A stretch of DNA of 64,000 bases, taken from assembly GCF_009914755.1 (NCBI RefSeq), contig NC_060926.1; one strand, written 5' to 3'. Below are positions 40,791 to 53,850 of this stretch, piece by piece. Made by a program: the position numbers and the translations under genes. Each line of letters opens with the position of its first letter. Position 1 is the stretch's first letter. Source of the stretch: the human T2T-CHM13v2.0 reference genome, Homo sapiens. Under the pieces are notes generated by a model that saw nothing but the letters and a program-made list of their open reading frames with translations, was not told the origin of the DNA and ran no database searches.

Positions 40791-42779
40791 TGGATCCATC
40801 CAAAATAAGAACACTGTTTTAGAGTGGGAGCCTATTAGTTTAAAATTCATTTTAAAGTGATTACTGCTACAAAGTGGTTTTGATCTGTTACAGGGAAATT
40901 GAAGTTGGAAGAAAGGAAACAGTGGAGGTTGAAATATCCAAATCAGGCATCTTATTTATACCATTTTGTCATATTCCCATTTCTCTTGAAGTTGGCTCTA
41001 CGATGCACTTAGCAGTTGTTGTTGGCTCTGAACTCTATTGTCTGAACCACATGGCTGGCCACTCTGTCATACGCTGCCTGTTCACTGAGCAGTTTGTGTG
41101 GGTGACTCTCGTCTCCCAGACTAGCTCACAACCCTGTAAAAGCTCATTCGGGATGGTCTGTATCTGTAAACTCTGGCAGCAACTGGGTACACAGAAGGCA
41201 ATTAATACAGGTTTCACAGTTGTCTGCTTTAGAGGAATAATGTGGAGAGAAATTGAACTTGATTACCAAATGTGGAAAGGTCTGCATTTGTTGTACTTTG
41301 TAGTGTTTGGACTGACCTGAATGAAATTTCCAATGGCTAATTTCATTTCTAAGCCATACATGAGCCAGAAAACTCCACCTGCAGGGGAATAGTTTTTCAT
41401 TGCCTTTCTTTTGAAAAGGGTCAGCACCCCATTTCCTGTCAACACGAGTTGCAGTAATAAGCAGGGATTGGCTACTTCTATGACAGTGGTGGTTGCTCAG
41501 GAAGAAGCCCCAGGACTCAGGCTTCTGTAAAAGGTTTTGGCTTAAGGTCAAATCAGAATGAACAATGCGAGATCCACATGCCTCTTGATATACAGATATC
41601 TGAGCTGGGGACACCGAGGCCCAAAACAGTTTACCAAAAAGGTAGAATTATGTAATCCTGTCCCTCAACAGGGCTTCTTTCCAGTTCAAGGTATCCTGGG
41701 ACTAAACAGTACACATAGCAACAAAACAAACTTAACATGGACACTCTTTGCATTGTTAAATAAAATACACTCCCCGTAGTAGTGTGCAAATCAACAAAAG
41801 TATAACGGAGTGATGTGTCACTTATTTACCATCACGAAGAAGTGGACTATTTATTACAGATCAATATTACAAATAACTAAAGCCTGTGAATTTAAGAGCC
41901 AAAACTTCCAAAAACGTTAACCACATATGATGAAAATCATTCTAAACATTCCCTAGTGTCTTAAACATAGTCCTCAAAATATAGTTTGGCCTTCAATATG
42001 TTTAGAGGAGAAAAAAATGGAAAAAGGAATGGCCAGGCACATGGCCAGATGTTTTAATCCTGAGAACTAACTAGGAGAAACAAACTTCTTCTAGTCTGAT
42101 TCCATTTCTTATTTTCTATGTCAAGAGGAAGGTATCCTTCTGTTTTTATATTTATTTTTATATTTATTCTTTATTTCCTTCTGCTCTTAGCTCTTCAGTT
42201 ATTCTCTTTCTCATTGGTGGTTTTCCTTATACATTAGATGATTCCTGACTGTCACTTCCTTCTTCTCCCTTTTCATAGTTGAGATTCCCTGCTTGTCTGA
42301 TTACATATACTGTTTCTATATGGTGCAACTAGTTCTGATATTTTGCAAAAGAGGCAGAGCATTCTAAAGAGAGGGCAAATCAGTAGGGCCACCAGTATAA
42401 AGCTCCTGCTTGTAATAAATCTCTTGAATAATATCTCATGGAATGTGTTTCTCTGGTCTCTGAGCTGGCACCTGAATGCTCATATCCATGAGCCCAATTT
42501 CTTGCTTAGACACTCCTTGCCTGCAACCTTCCTCCTCTCTGATTCCTCATGGTCACTCAGAGTTCCTGATTTCAAAATATCAGAGGACAGTTCTGAAGTT
42601 CTGATCAGCAGGCGAAACAATTGATCTTTTCCTTTATATGTCTCACTTACTGCCCATTATGAAGAGATAGAAAAGGGGATGGGTATACAAGAAACTTACC
42701 CTTGACATATAAAAGTGTACCCTGAGACAATTTCCAAAAAGTGAGCACTCTTACTAGACTAATTTTTTTTTCCTTTTAG

Positions 42780-42805
42780 AGTTAAGCTGCATCCAGTTCT
42801 TGTAG
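42780..42805 (+). other. Candidate 26-nt micro-exon
   Basis: gactaat branch-like motif, then tttttttttccttttag| agttaagctgcatccagttcttgtag |gtatgt. Confidence 0.3.
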
Positions 42806-42899
42806 GTATGTATACAGTGGCCTTCTCTGTCTCCCTGTTACAGGTTTTAATTCTGGAGGACTTCTCAAAACCTCTCTCCACTGGTATCCTCATGTGTCT

Positions 42900-43130
42900 G
42901 AGTGATTAGGAACATTGGCTCTAGAGGCAGATAATTTTGGACTTAAATCTCAGGTCTTCCTTTAATTCATTATATAGCCTTGTACAGGTCACTAACCATT
43001 CTTTGCTTCAGTTCTCTCATCTGTTAATTGGAAAAGACAATATGTCAGTGCCTACCGCACAGGGTTTTTGTGAAGATGATGTATGAAAATGCATGTAAAC
43101 TGCTTAAAACTGATTAGAGTATGACAATTG
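42900..43130 (+). mobile_element. MIR
   Basis: ggctctagaggcagat...cttcagttctctcatctgttaattgg...gtgcctaccgcacagggtttttgtgaagat. Confidence 0.75.
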
Positions 43131-43199
43131 CCATGGAAATGTAGATGCCATTTTTATTTTTTATGTAAGACAAAGAAGGGGGTTAAAAATCGTATATTA

Positions 43200-43700
43200 T
43201 CATCTAAATAAAATGCCAAGTGGTTTTAAATACAATAAAACTTTTATTTTTATTGAGAAAATCTTAAATATAAAATACACATAAAACATGATAAGTAATA
43301 CTTTACTAACCTGACAACCGTCACTATGCCTAGTTGTGAAAACCTAAATGATATCCATTATATTTAGAAACAAAACACACATACATGTTCTGCCCTTTAG
43401 TACTCAATGGTTCTAGAACTTGTGGCTGTTACTACAAGATATTGAACACAAGTAGGAATACAATTTCCATAAGAAATAACAACTAGAAAACTCAAGAAAA
43501 TTAACTGTAACCACTTAACATTAGTAAGAATTCAGTAGAGTGTGTGGATACTAAAAGTAATCAATAAGAAAATATAATGAGAAAAAATTAAAAGCCATCC
43601 AAAAACAGTAAAAGCATTGCAAAATCCAAAATATTAAGGAAAAAACTAAAACATCTAGAAACATAAAGGCAATTTTAGTAAGTCCTTAAATGAATCCTGC
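43200..43700 (+). mobile_element. Old L1ME-like ORF2 fragment
   Basis: A-rich; tgccctttagtactcaatggttctagaac; aactagaaaactcaagaaaattaact. Confidence 0.45.
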
Positions 43701-43729
43701 AAAGATTTTGAGGCAGCTTAGTAACTTTT

Positions 43730-43990
43730 AGAGGCAACATATCTCAGTGGTGACAGAGCCCCAGATTTCTGAAGATAGATGGACTGAAGTCAAAACTCAG
43801 TTCCAACTAAACACTGAGTGATTGTAGCAAATTACATAAAATATCTATGCCTCTTGGATTCTCCGCAAAAAAATGGTGATAATAATAGCACGTGCCTCAT
43901 AAGGCTGTTGTATGATTTAAGCTGATGAGTTACATCAGTCAACTCAGTGCCTGGCACAAAGCAGACACTCAAAGAGATGTAGCTACAGGT
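43730..43990 (+). mobile_element. MIRb-like SINE, near full length
   Basis: aaaatggtgataataatagcacgtgcctcataaggctgttgtatgatt...cagtgcctggcaca. Confidence 0.8.
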
Positions 43991-44758
43991 TTTTTTTTTT
44001 TTTTCTTGTTTTTGTCGTTATGATTGCCATTGATGTTGTTGCACCAGTTATTTCAGACTTCACGTGTAGGTCCTAAACTGTCCTATGCAAACTCCTACAA
44101 GACTTTTCAAGATATAGTACTGAAAATTTTACTAAATATTTCATGAGGTGTTCACTTAAATCTCAAAATCATTGTCTATACCGTAGTTGAAAATCAAATA
44201 ATAAAAATTTAAATAAAAATAAATTAAATACGTCTCTATACAGAGATTTATAATTGTATACTTACAAAACAGAATTTAAAAATAGATGTGAAGCTAGGAA
44301 AAATATTTGCAGCCCAATATGATAGATAAAAAATTAAGTTTCTTCATGACGGTCTCAAATATTCATCAATTTATGCTCTATCTGAATGTAAAAAAATAAT
44401 TTACACAAGTGACTGGAAAGTACATTCAGTTGTATCAGTTTTACTAACTAGCATAGAAATGAAAATCAATAAGCAGTCCTGTTTCCTTCCTTACAAATTT
44501 ATTGATGATAATCATGATGACGATGATAAGAAAGCGAAGAAGACTCAATGCAGAAGATGGTGTGATAGCACAGAGCCATTCATCTCCTACTTCTATCAAT
44601 GAATAGTAAAACAATATTAAATTTCACAATATATGGCAGATAGTTTTAAATGTTCATTCTTTAATTTCACTTCTGAGACTCTATCTTAATCAGAAAGGTA
44701 GACAACAAATGTACAAAAATAGGAAATAAAACATTACTTACAAAAGTACAATAATTTA

Positions 44759-45057
44759 GTCCGAGCGTGGTGGCTCACACCTGTAATCCCTGAACTTTGG
44801 GAGGCTGGGGCAGGTGGATCACCTAAGGTCAGGAGTTTGAGGCCAGCCTGGCCAACATGGTGAAACCTCATCTCTACTAAAAATATGAAACTTAGACGGG
44901 CATGGTGGCATACACCTGTAGTCTCAAGGAGGCTGAGGCAGGAGAATCGCTTGAACTCAGGAGATGGAGGTTGCAGTTAGCCAAGATTGCACCATTGCAC
45001 TCCAGCCTGGGCAACAAAGTGAGACTCCATCTCAAAAATAAATAAATAAATAAATAA
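44759..45057 (+). mobile_element. AluS (Sx/Sz-like) inserted in an L1ME remnant
   Basis: gtccgagcgtggtggctcacacc...; (TAAA)n tail; TSD aaaagtacaataattta/aaaagtatgataattta; small deletion at gtctcaaggaggc. Confidence 0.95.
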
Positions 45058-45324
45058 TTTTTTAAAAGTATGATAATTTAAATATTGGGATGTGGTTAAG
45101 TAAACTATGGTTTATTCATATTATGAGCTCTCATTGAACCTTTTAAGTTGGTATTTCGATAGTTAAAAATGTTTTTGTCTTATGTTTGTTATAAAAATAA
45201 GGCATATTATTATATAATATGATCTCCAATATATAAATATGGCATAAAACAACTAAATATATTAATTATACCTTTTCTGATGTTATTTTATATATTTTTT
45301 AAACTTTTCCTTTATGTGTATTTT

Positions 45325-46075
45325 TATACATTTTTAAGTGTGGAAAGAATAATATAAAATAAAATACTATCTTAACCATTTTTAAGTGTATATTCAGTAG
45401 TGTTCAGTATATTCACATTATGGCACAACATATTTCCAGAAATTTTTATTTTGCAAAACTGAGACTCCACGCATTCAACAACTCCCCGGTACTGCCTCCC
45501 TGTAGCCCCTGAAAATCACATTTTATTTTCGGTCTCTATGAATTTGACTAATCTGGATAGCTCATATTAGTGAAATCATACAGCATTTGATTTTTTGTGA
45601 CTGGAATGTTTTACTAAAAATAATGTCCTCGAGGTTCATCCATGTTGTAGAATGTGACAGATTACCTTCCTGTTTTAAGATTGGGTAAGATTCCATTTCT
45701 TATTTTGTTTGTCCATTAATACCCTGATGGACATTTGGGTTTTGCGTCTATAAACAAGGGCATGCAGATACCTCTTCCAGACCCTGCTTTCAATTCTCTT
45801 GGATATATACCCAGAAGTAAAATGACTAGATCATGCCGTGATTCTATTTTTAATTTTTGGAAGAACTGTCATATTATTCCATAGCAGTTGCACCATTTTA
45901 CAAGCCCGCTAACAGCACACAAGGGTTCCAGTTTCTCCACATACTCACCGTTTGGTAGTTTCTGGTTTCTGCTTTGCTTTATATTAGCTGTCCTCATACG
46001 TTTGAGGTAATACCTCATTGTGGTTTTGATTTACATTTAATGATTCTTCAAGTTATCTTTTCATGTGGTTGTTGG
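45325..46075 (-). mobile_element. L1MB-like 3' end
   Basis: tatcttaaccatttttaagtgtatattcagtagtg...gcaaaactgagactc...gggttccagtttctccacatactcacc. Confidence 0.85.
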
Positions 46076-47849
46076 CTCCTTTATGTATGTTTGAACTTGT
46101 CAAAATGTTTAGAATTAACATGTACTACTTTTATATCACATAAACATAATTGGTATCAGTTTTATGGTATAGCAAGAGTAAAGAAGCTTCCTTGTTCTGG
46201 TCCCTGAAATCCCCATCTGTGAAATAAGCAGGACAGACTAGCTAATAGTCCCATCTGTGAGTTTTTAATAAAGGAAATATTTCCTGATTCCTATCAGTGT
46301 TGTAAAGATAGTACTTGCAGTTTCCTAAATTTTGGAATTATTCTGAAAGGAACAGGCGGGTGGGTAAATTAACAATTTGGTGGTGATTTTTCAGCATACA
46401 TTCTTTTACTTAGTATTTCTAGCGCTCCAACTTTGTGGTAGGCATTGAACCAGGGGCCCAGAATACAAACATAATGCAGTCTGGATTTTGCCTTGTTAAG
46501 TTGCAAGTCTATTTGGGGAGGCAGACTTGTACGTAAATAATTACAATAAGTCTTGAAGTTGATATAGTACATGTGTAAATAAGGTTTATTGGTGCTGCAA
46601 AGGAAAGGACATCTGCTTCTAAGTTGCTAAAAATATGAAGATTCATCTAATAGTCAGAAAAGGGTCATAATGGTTTTCCCCCAGACCTTGTTGTTTACAA
46701 AATCTGTGACATTTAAACTTAGTGAGAAGAAATTTAATATTCACTAGCAAAGACAAAGCAGAATGTCCATGAGCATTTAACCATTATATTTTCTTTTAAA
46801 CTAACAAATGGCTAACCTGTTTTCTATTCAATCAAATGGTATTTTAGAAATTGTGGTCTACACAAAGGATGTCTCTTGCTGGGCAGAGTAATATAATACA
46901 TTCTGTGTGGAGTAGGAAACTTTAATGATATATGCAGTTTTGTTATTAAAACTGAGTTATATATTTTGCTCTGCTCTGGAAAATTGTGACCCAGTATAAC
47001 ATATCTTCACATTGTTTATAACTTGAGGAAAATCAACATTTTGGGTTCCCAGTTCACACAGTAGGAATTACATTTGTTTTGGCCAAATATAATTTATATA
47101 ACTGCAAGGAACAATAAAACATGAACTCTACAGTGTTTTCTTACCTAAAAATAATATAGACCTTGTAAAATGGAAAAGATTATTATTATAAAGAAGAAGA
47201 CAGTAACTTAAAAGGCTGAAGCTCATTTTACAACACTTTTTAATGCCTGTGCAAATAGGCAGACACCTGTGTCCCCATTTTTCTTGACCCCAGCCACAGG
47301 AGTGAGATTCCACACAGTAATAAATAACCTTGCAAGTAAAACTTTGAAATAGAATTTGCTTGATCAAGCCCAGTCCTTCCATGGTCAAAAGTCATTGTCT
47401 ATGCGACTTCTTAAAATGATTCAGTACTCTTTATTGCTCTGCCTACAAAGATTTTTTGGAGGTGATAGAAGCATCTGGTCCATCTTATTAATATAAGAAC
47501 CCCAGTTAGTGCAGTTAGTGAAGGGGCCATTATGGATTTAAGAGTTGAAAATGAAATGAATGAGTGAATAAATGGGTATTTCTCATTAAAGTCAACTAGC
47601 CTGTTCAGGAATTGACTCTATTACTTCATTATCAAAATAAAACTATGATCCCATTCTCAAAGATATGTGAGTGATAAAATGAGAAAAATATTCAAATTTG
47701 TTTTTATGAGATATATGCAAGAGTCACATTGAATGCATATTATAAACCTGTTGAATGCATTATTATTAAATTGCTGATTGCAAAATCAGTCACACAACCA
47801 GAAAAAATGGTAACATTTTGGGGGCAAGTACTTGTTCAAGGAACTAGTC

Positions 47850-48050
47850 CATTGTATCCTATGTAATCCTCTAAAGTCTAAACAATTCCATGGAGTTGGC
47901 AAAATAATCACGATTTTAGATGTGAAGAAGCGAAGGCTCATAAATCTTTTGTGATGTGTTCCAAACCACATGGCCAAGTGAGTAGTAGAGGTGACCCCAG
48001 ACTATGAGTCTTATGATTCTACATACCATGCTTTTTCTACTGCACCACTT
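47850..48050 (-). mobile_element. MIR
   Basis: attttagatgtgaagaagcgaaggctca...ccaaaccacatggccaagtgagtagtagag. Confidence 0.65.
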
Positions 48051-48909
48051 GATAATTTACTGGGTGAAAACTACACGCTAGTATCAGTCGCAGCATAATC
48101 AGATGGCTGATGGGTCTAACATTCCTACTAGACAACCCCTATCTACTCTTGCTAGTCTTAATTTTCCTCAGTTCAAAACATTTTCACATACAAATTAGGA
48201 TTTTTCTTCCTAAGATTTTAAATTTTGCTAATTCCAGTGTAATTTTCAACATGTTATTTTAAACCCTATTATCTATTTTAAAATGGAATTTAAATTGCAT
48301 TCAATATTATTAGTGTTTGTACTTGTATTACTTTTTCTACAGCAATCCATTTTTAATCCTTATTTAGAGAGACATTCCTAAGGCATCCTAAATGACGCTG
48401 ACTTGCTTCTCATGAGCAGACATGAGTCTATTTTACTTTTAAAAAGTCTGTAGCTTCTCCAGGCGTTGAATCATCTGGCTTGGGGCCAGACACTAGAGGG
48501 TGCTTTAGAAATATTATTTGATGATGAACTCGGATGTTAGCCACTTGCTTTTCAGAATTCATTCCTGTAAATCATGGCTTTGAAAACTTGTCAGTATTTT
48601 GCTTTTTCTTTTGTGGATTTCTTCAAAGGGAGAAGGAATGTCTGAAAAGTAAATATTCAACAGTCATAACTACATCCCAAGGAGGGTGGAATAAAAAAAT
48701 TATAGAAATTTGTAGATACATAAATATTTCTGTGAGATAAAAAGAGAACCCCCTGGATAGCTCACAAAGAGCCTACTGGAACTTTATCAGTCGGCAGAGC
48801 TTTGTCAGAAGAAAGTGGGTTTGTGAAGGGACAGGAGAACATGTGTTTCTCCCCATTCCAAACCCTCCTTTTCTGGAAGCTTGCTGTAAACAACCACTCA
48901 CATTTGTAT

Positions 48910-49125
48910 GAGACATTTTGTTTTTTTTTTTAAGAGGGACTTTTACATATATTACCTTAAGGGATATTTACAACAACCTATGTGGTGAGCATTACTATTT
49001 TTATTCTATAGATAAAATAAAACAAAAACAAATGACAGGTTTAGTGACAGTAATTCACTCACATAGATCCAGAAAGCAAATTGGCAGAAAAAGAATTTAA
49101 TTATAGGACTTTATTCTACAATGTG
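48910..49125 (-). mobile_element. MIR
   Basis: tttacaacaacctatgtggtgagcattactattttttattctatagat. Confidence 0.55.
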
Positions 49126-49849
49126 CAGCAACCCCATCCTTCCCTCATATATGGTTGATGTAACTCTATTTCTCCCTTTTCACCTTCAGATTTTGTCACC
49201 AATTGTGTCCTTCTCCCCTTTTTATTCTTTTATTTTCTCTTTAATGTCCTCAAAACTTTAAAAAATAAATAAGTAAAATAAAACACACGAAGAAGAAAAA
49301 CCAGAGGTCATGAAATATGAAAATTTCATGCTTCCCCTGACCTCAAAAAAATAGCATCACCAGCTACTGGAGCAAAAAAAAAAAAAATTCCTCTGAAGAC
49401 TTACATTTTGAACTCAGCAGTTCACAATTTTTTAAGGCTTATCTGCTCACATATGCTGTGTTTGAAAGACTGGACATTCATTGCATCCAGCTCTTGTCAC
49501 TGAAGCAGAGCTCTGAGTGAAGCACAGCTGAGACACAAAGTGTGCTCTCAGATTCCAGAGGAGTCAAAGCTCTCACTGGGAAGATTAGAAAAGGCTTCTT
49601 AAAAGAAGGGGAAAGAATTCTTTATTCTAGGCCTTGAATGACAACAGGATTTCAAAAGAACTCTTGAAGCTTTGGAAATAGCAAAGCCCCCAAGTCAATG
49701 AAGCTCAGAATATATGCAGAAAACAATGAAAATTTAACTTATTGGAGGCTCGCTTGCCTGAGGAAACCACAGGGAGCAGAGCCTGGCAAGCGAGCTTTAA
49801 ACTGCTTTAGCGCAGATCTAGCTCAGAGCTTTCTGAGCCAGTAGAAATA

Positions 49850-50002
49850 CCAGCATCATCCACCAACAGCAGCCATGGGTCATATGTGGCTATTGGGCAC
49901 TTGAAAGGTGACTGGTTTGAATAAAAAACTGAAAGTTTAACTTAATTTTAATATTAATGTAAAAGCCAGATGTGGCTAGGGGCTACCATTTTGGGCAGTG
50001 CC
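49850..50002. mobile_element. MER3/MER33-like hAT MITE
   Basis: catatgtggctattgggcacttgaaaggtgactgg...gccagatgtggctaggggctaccattttgggcagtgc. Confidence 0.75.
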
Positions 50003-50519
50003 AATCAAGAGAGACTTGAATTATAGAGTGACAGGTTATTACAGAATTGTAGATCTACCCACAGGAAGTAGACACTGACTGACTGGGGAGAGGAACTGAG
50101 ATAATTTGGAGAGGCCAAGGTGAGAAAAGTATAAGATAGATTAATTGGAAGTTGGAATCAAAGAAGATGCCAAGGTTGTGACTGATAAATTTGTGAACTG
50201 CTGAGTTTAAAATGCAACTTATGCTCATTTAGCTTGTATGACAGATGTTTGTTCTCCACCAAATTTATGAATTTTTCCAATGTCAAAATGATGTCCATTC
50301 TTTCTTCTCTCAGTCAACATCCAGAACCCAGCATCATGCCTTACAGAAATATATGTTGTGCATGTGATATTTTCTTACAAACTCAACCATAGCTCTCTGT
50401 TAATGTTATAGTTAAATTAAATATCTAAGATGGATGAGAGCGACAAGAGTTGGATGTAGTGGATGTTCATTTAAACACAATATATGTAAGTAGGTAAGCC
50501 TTAAAAATGTATTTTTTTC

Positions 50520-50576
50520 TATATGTGTGTAAATGTGTGTGTGAGTGTGTGTGTGTGCGTGTGTGTGCAGGTGTGT
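50520..50576. repeat. Imperfect (TG)n microsatellite
   Basis: Direct reading. Confidence 0.85.
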
Positions 50577-52693
50577 ACTGGTTTATTCTCCCTCAAATTT
50601 TTATCTCCAAAGCACTTGGAATTAAAATACATTATCTGTATTATTTTAAACCCATGAGAAACAATGTTCTTATTTCAGCTTCATTTCTTAATTATGGATA
50701 AAATATTCTGTAAAGTTAGCCAGTGTCCACTCCTTCATTCAATAAGCTAAAACGATTGTTAAAATAAAAACAGAAAATTTGACTTCTCCAACTGTAAGTA
50801 TTTGATTACCCAAAGGCTTGGGATCAAAATATCAAAATCACAAGTAAAATCTCACATTAAACTTGGTTAAAAAATTATTTTCCTACAGTATTTTGCATAA
50901 GAGCATAGAAAAAGAATAAAACAACAGCAGCAACAGCAATGAAACTTCTCATCTCCAATGCAACCATTCTAATCACTAATATCTTTGTATCCACAAATGG
51001 ACTCATCACTTGGGTGACTTCTCAAATAAATCTTAAATTGTTTTTGGCTCAGTAAATCCTCATATGAAGACATTCTGGGGGTGACTAGGCACCAAATAGC
51101 CTTCCATAAAATGTGTTATGGGCCAATATTCACTCAGTGACCTGGCTTCTCTTCTATGTGCTCATATGACATGAGCAAATGCACAGGCAGAGTTTCAAGA
51201 AAAAACATCGAGAAGTTAGTTTTCCCTTCGCATTCATTCAAATGATGCCTGGGCTAACCATGTTTGATGAAGACAGGGTGGATTTATCCAGTTCTTCAGG
51301 CAAGGGCTATGTGTATTCTATCTCTCTAAAAGTCTCATTTTGGAGAATCCTCAATTCATCAATAACTCCTGCAGCTATTACCAAAACCTTCCCCCTCCTT
51401 TTTTTAAACCTGAAAAGAAAGTGAAGCCCAACTGGTGGGGGTTATCAGGTTATCTGGAAGACGAAACTATGGAGATTTGTATTCTTATGCATTTTTTGTC
51501 TCACAACAATGGAAATCCTTGAACTTCCAGAGATATTATGTTCTAACATCTTAATCCTCTTAAAAACTAATTTGCATTATCTAACACTTACTTGAAATGT
51601 TGGGAGCAGAACTTTGGAAAGGGTTTTAGGTCTGGATCTTCCATTTTAACTTTATTGTGTTTTTAAGACCCATTTTTGAGTTTTCTTACACACACATACT
51701 GCTCCCACATTTTTCTACATATATATTTGAATATAGGCAATTAGCCATATAAACTCAGGAAAATAAAGCAGTTATCGATATTAGTATATTCATGAATTAT
51801 CCCTTCATTCACAGAATCCTAAAATCTTAAAATTAAAATTGACCTTAAAGGAAGCTACCTTAAACCACTCTTACAAACTACTGTACTATTACAAGTATTG
51901 AATGCCTGGGATCAGAAATGGGAAGAATGCTTCCTTTTTCATGTTTTGCTCCTTTTATTTTTTTTCCAAATGTCCAAGTAGCCAAGTCTCTGGTATGTAT
52001 CAGAGGAACAGTCAATTTTCAGAGTGAAGTCAAGTGAAAAGTATGCAGATGGCAGTGTAAATGTTAGGAAAGTTTGGGGAGAAATATGCCAACTATGTGC
52101 TGTTTTGTTACAGTAACTATAGAATCGTCTCTCCAATGCCACGGACAAGACCCTTGCCAAATGGAATACCCTATTTATAACCCTATCGGGAAGAGGAAAT
52201 CGTGCCAGGAACAAGATAAAACTATTATCTGTATTAAGAAAAATACTTAGAAGCATGTTTGTATTTGAAAATAAATGTTAGTGGTTAAGAAAAAAAATAA
52301 TGGTAGTTGTAGATCTGGGTGTTGAAACCTGTTGCAAGACTATTAATTAGTCATCATCTTATCTTCACTGCCATGTCTCTGCCAACTTACCTGTTTGAAG
52401 TCACAAATGGAGCTCATAAATGGGTTCTTTGGGAGATATGTAGAAAATAAACAATTTCCCCCACTGGGCAGATAGTTAAGAAATCTCCCCGGGCTCATAT
52501 GTTTTCCTCCTGTTGGCACTGTTGACTCAGTGCCCATGTGGGATGTACTCCCAAACTGTCCTGCTGCTGGCAATGTTTTCAGTGCCAAGTATTTAGCCTG
52601 CAGTCCCAGAGGCAACAAAAAAATAGCCAAGTCCAAGGGAGTGCCATGAGCATATGGACCCTGGTCACAAGAGTGTCACACTGGGAGGGGCTT

Positions 52694-52737
52694 GGACATA
52701 TGCCATGGGCTGCATCAGGACATATGCCATGGGCTGC
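52694..52737. repeat. Tandem duplication, period 24 (ggacatatgccatgggctgc x2)
   Basis: Identical 20-mers at 52694-52713 and 52718-52737. Confidence 0.9.
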
Positions 52738-52989
52738 CACCCCAAATAATTCCCTCTTCCCCAGGACCCAGTGGAACAGCTTGTTGAATAAACAAGAGAC
52801 TGAAAGAGTGGTTGAACTGGCACCAGGCCAGTGTCCCTTGCCTTACCCACTGAATCAATGAAAACTTGGCATATACTACATTTTCAAGGAGCAGGGAAGC
52901 ATGAAGGCATAATCTCTTTGTCCCTCCTGTGTTTTGTCACTTTGTCTTTTCTCCACCTACTTATCTGACTTGGTAGAATACAAACACTA

Positions 52990-53210
52990 TATCATTTGGA
53001 ATAAGACAAAATAAGGGTTGATTCCTGGCTCTTTTGCTAGCTCTGTGCCCCTAAAGGAAAAACAAAAAAAAAAGAATATTTAACTGATATATGCCTCAAT
53101 TTCTTTTCAGTGAATGGTACCTACCTTGCTGGTTTGTGGGAAGGTTTAAAAAGGTGATATGTAAAGTGCTTTGCACTGTTTCTAGCACATGGTAGGCAAT
53201 AAATGTGAAC
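52990..53210 (+). mobile_element. MIR
   Basis: gggttgattcctggctc...tgcctcaatttc...gtacctacc...atgtaaagtgctttgcactgtttctagcacatggtagg. Confidence 0.75.
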
Positions 53211-53323
53211 TTGTGTATGGCCAGATGCACACATTAAACTCTGGATAGTCCAGTTAATTACTCCATAATATTATTAGTTAATAATCAAATTTATTGATTG
53301 AGTTATATTGTAATATAGAATAT

Positions 53324-53393
53324 TGTCCTCTAAGGATATAGTTATTAAAATAAATAAATATGTCCTCTAAGGATATATTTATTAAAATAAATA
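53324..53393. repeat. Tandem duplication, period 37
   Basis: tgtcctctaaggatata[g/t]ttattaaaataaata at 53324 and 53361. Confidence 0.9.
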
Positions 53394-53469
53394 TAAAATA
53401 ATCTAATCGTTAACCCTCTATCAAAATTTCTGATAATACTGTAATTATACACAATTATTAAAGACATAA

Positions 53470-53850
53470 TTTCCATGTATTATATATCATGTATTGTGTA
53501 TTTTATACAAACACATTACATATATCACAATATTATGTATTATATGTTTTATATGTCATGTTATATTATGGCCTGTATTACATATTATGGATTTGTATGC
53601 CTCACGTATATGTCACATACATATCACATTTAATATATTGTATATGTATTTGTACTATTATCAATTTATGTTTATATCAATTACAAATTGTGATATGTAG
53701 GCTTATCATTACATGTAAATCACTTAAAAAACTATAAACATATGATTAATATACCATCTATTAGGGGCTTATTTGTCATACAGATAATTAGATATAATTA
53801 TTTAAAATAATGTAATTTTTACTATTATATATGCTATTTATATAAATATA
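53470..53850. repeat. AT-rich (TATG/TATA-like) low-complexity tract
   Basis: Degenerate tatatg/tattat units. Confidence 0.65.

Noticed and set aside
40874-41614. Overlapping 148-aa and 156-aa ORFs in unique DNA
   Set aside because: No recognisable domain, non-ATG starts, no convincing exon boundaries; lengths are compatible with chance.
52694-53393. Direct repeats as a CRISPR-like array
   Set aside because: Only two copies each, no spacers, eukaryotic context; simple tandem duplications.
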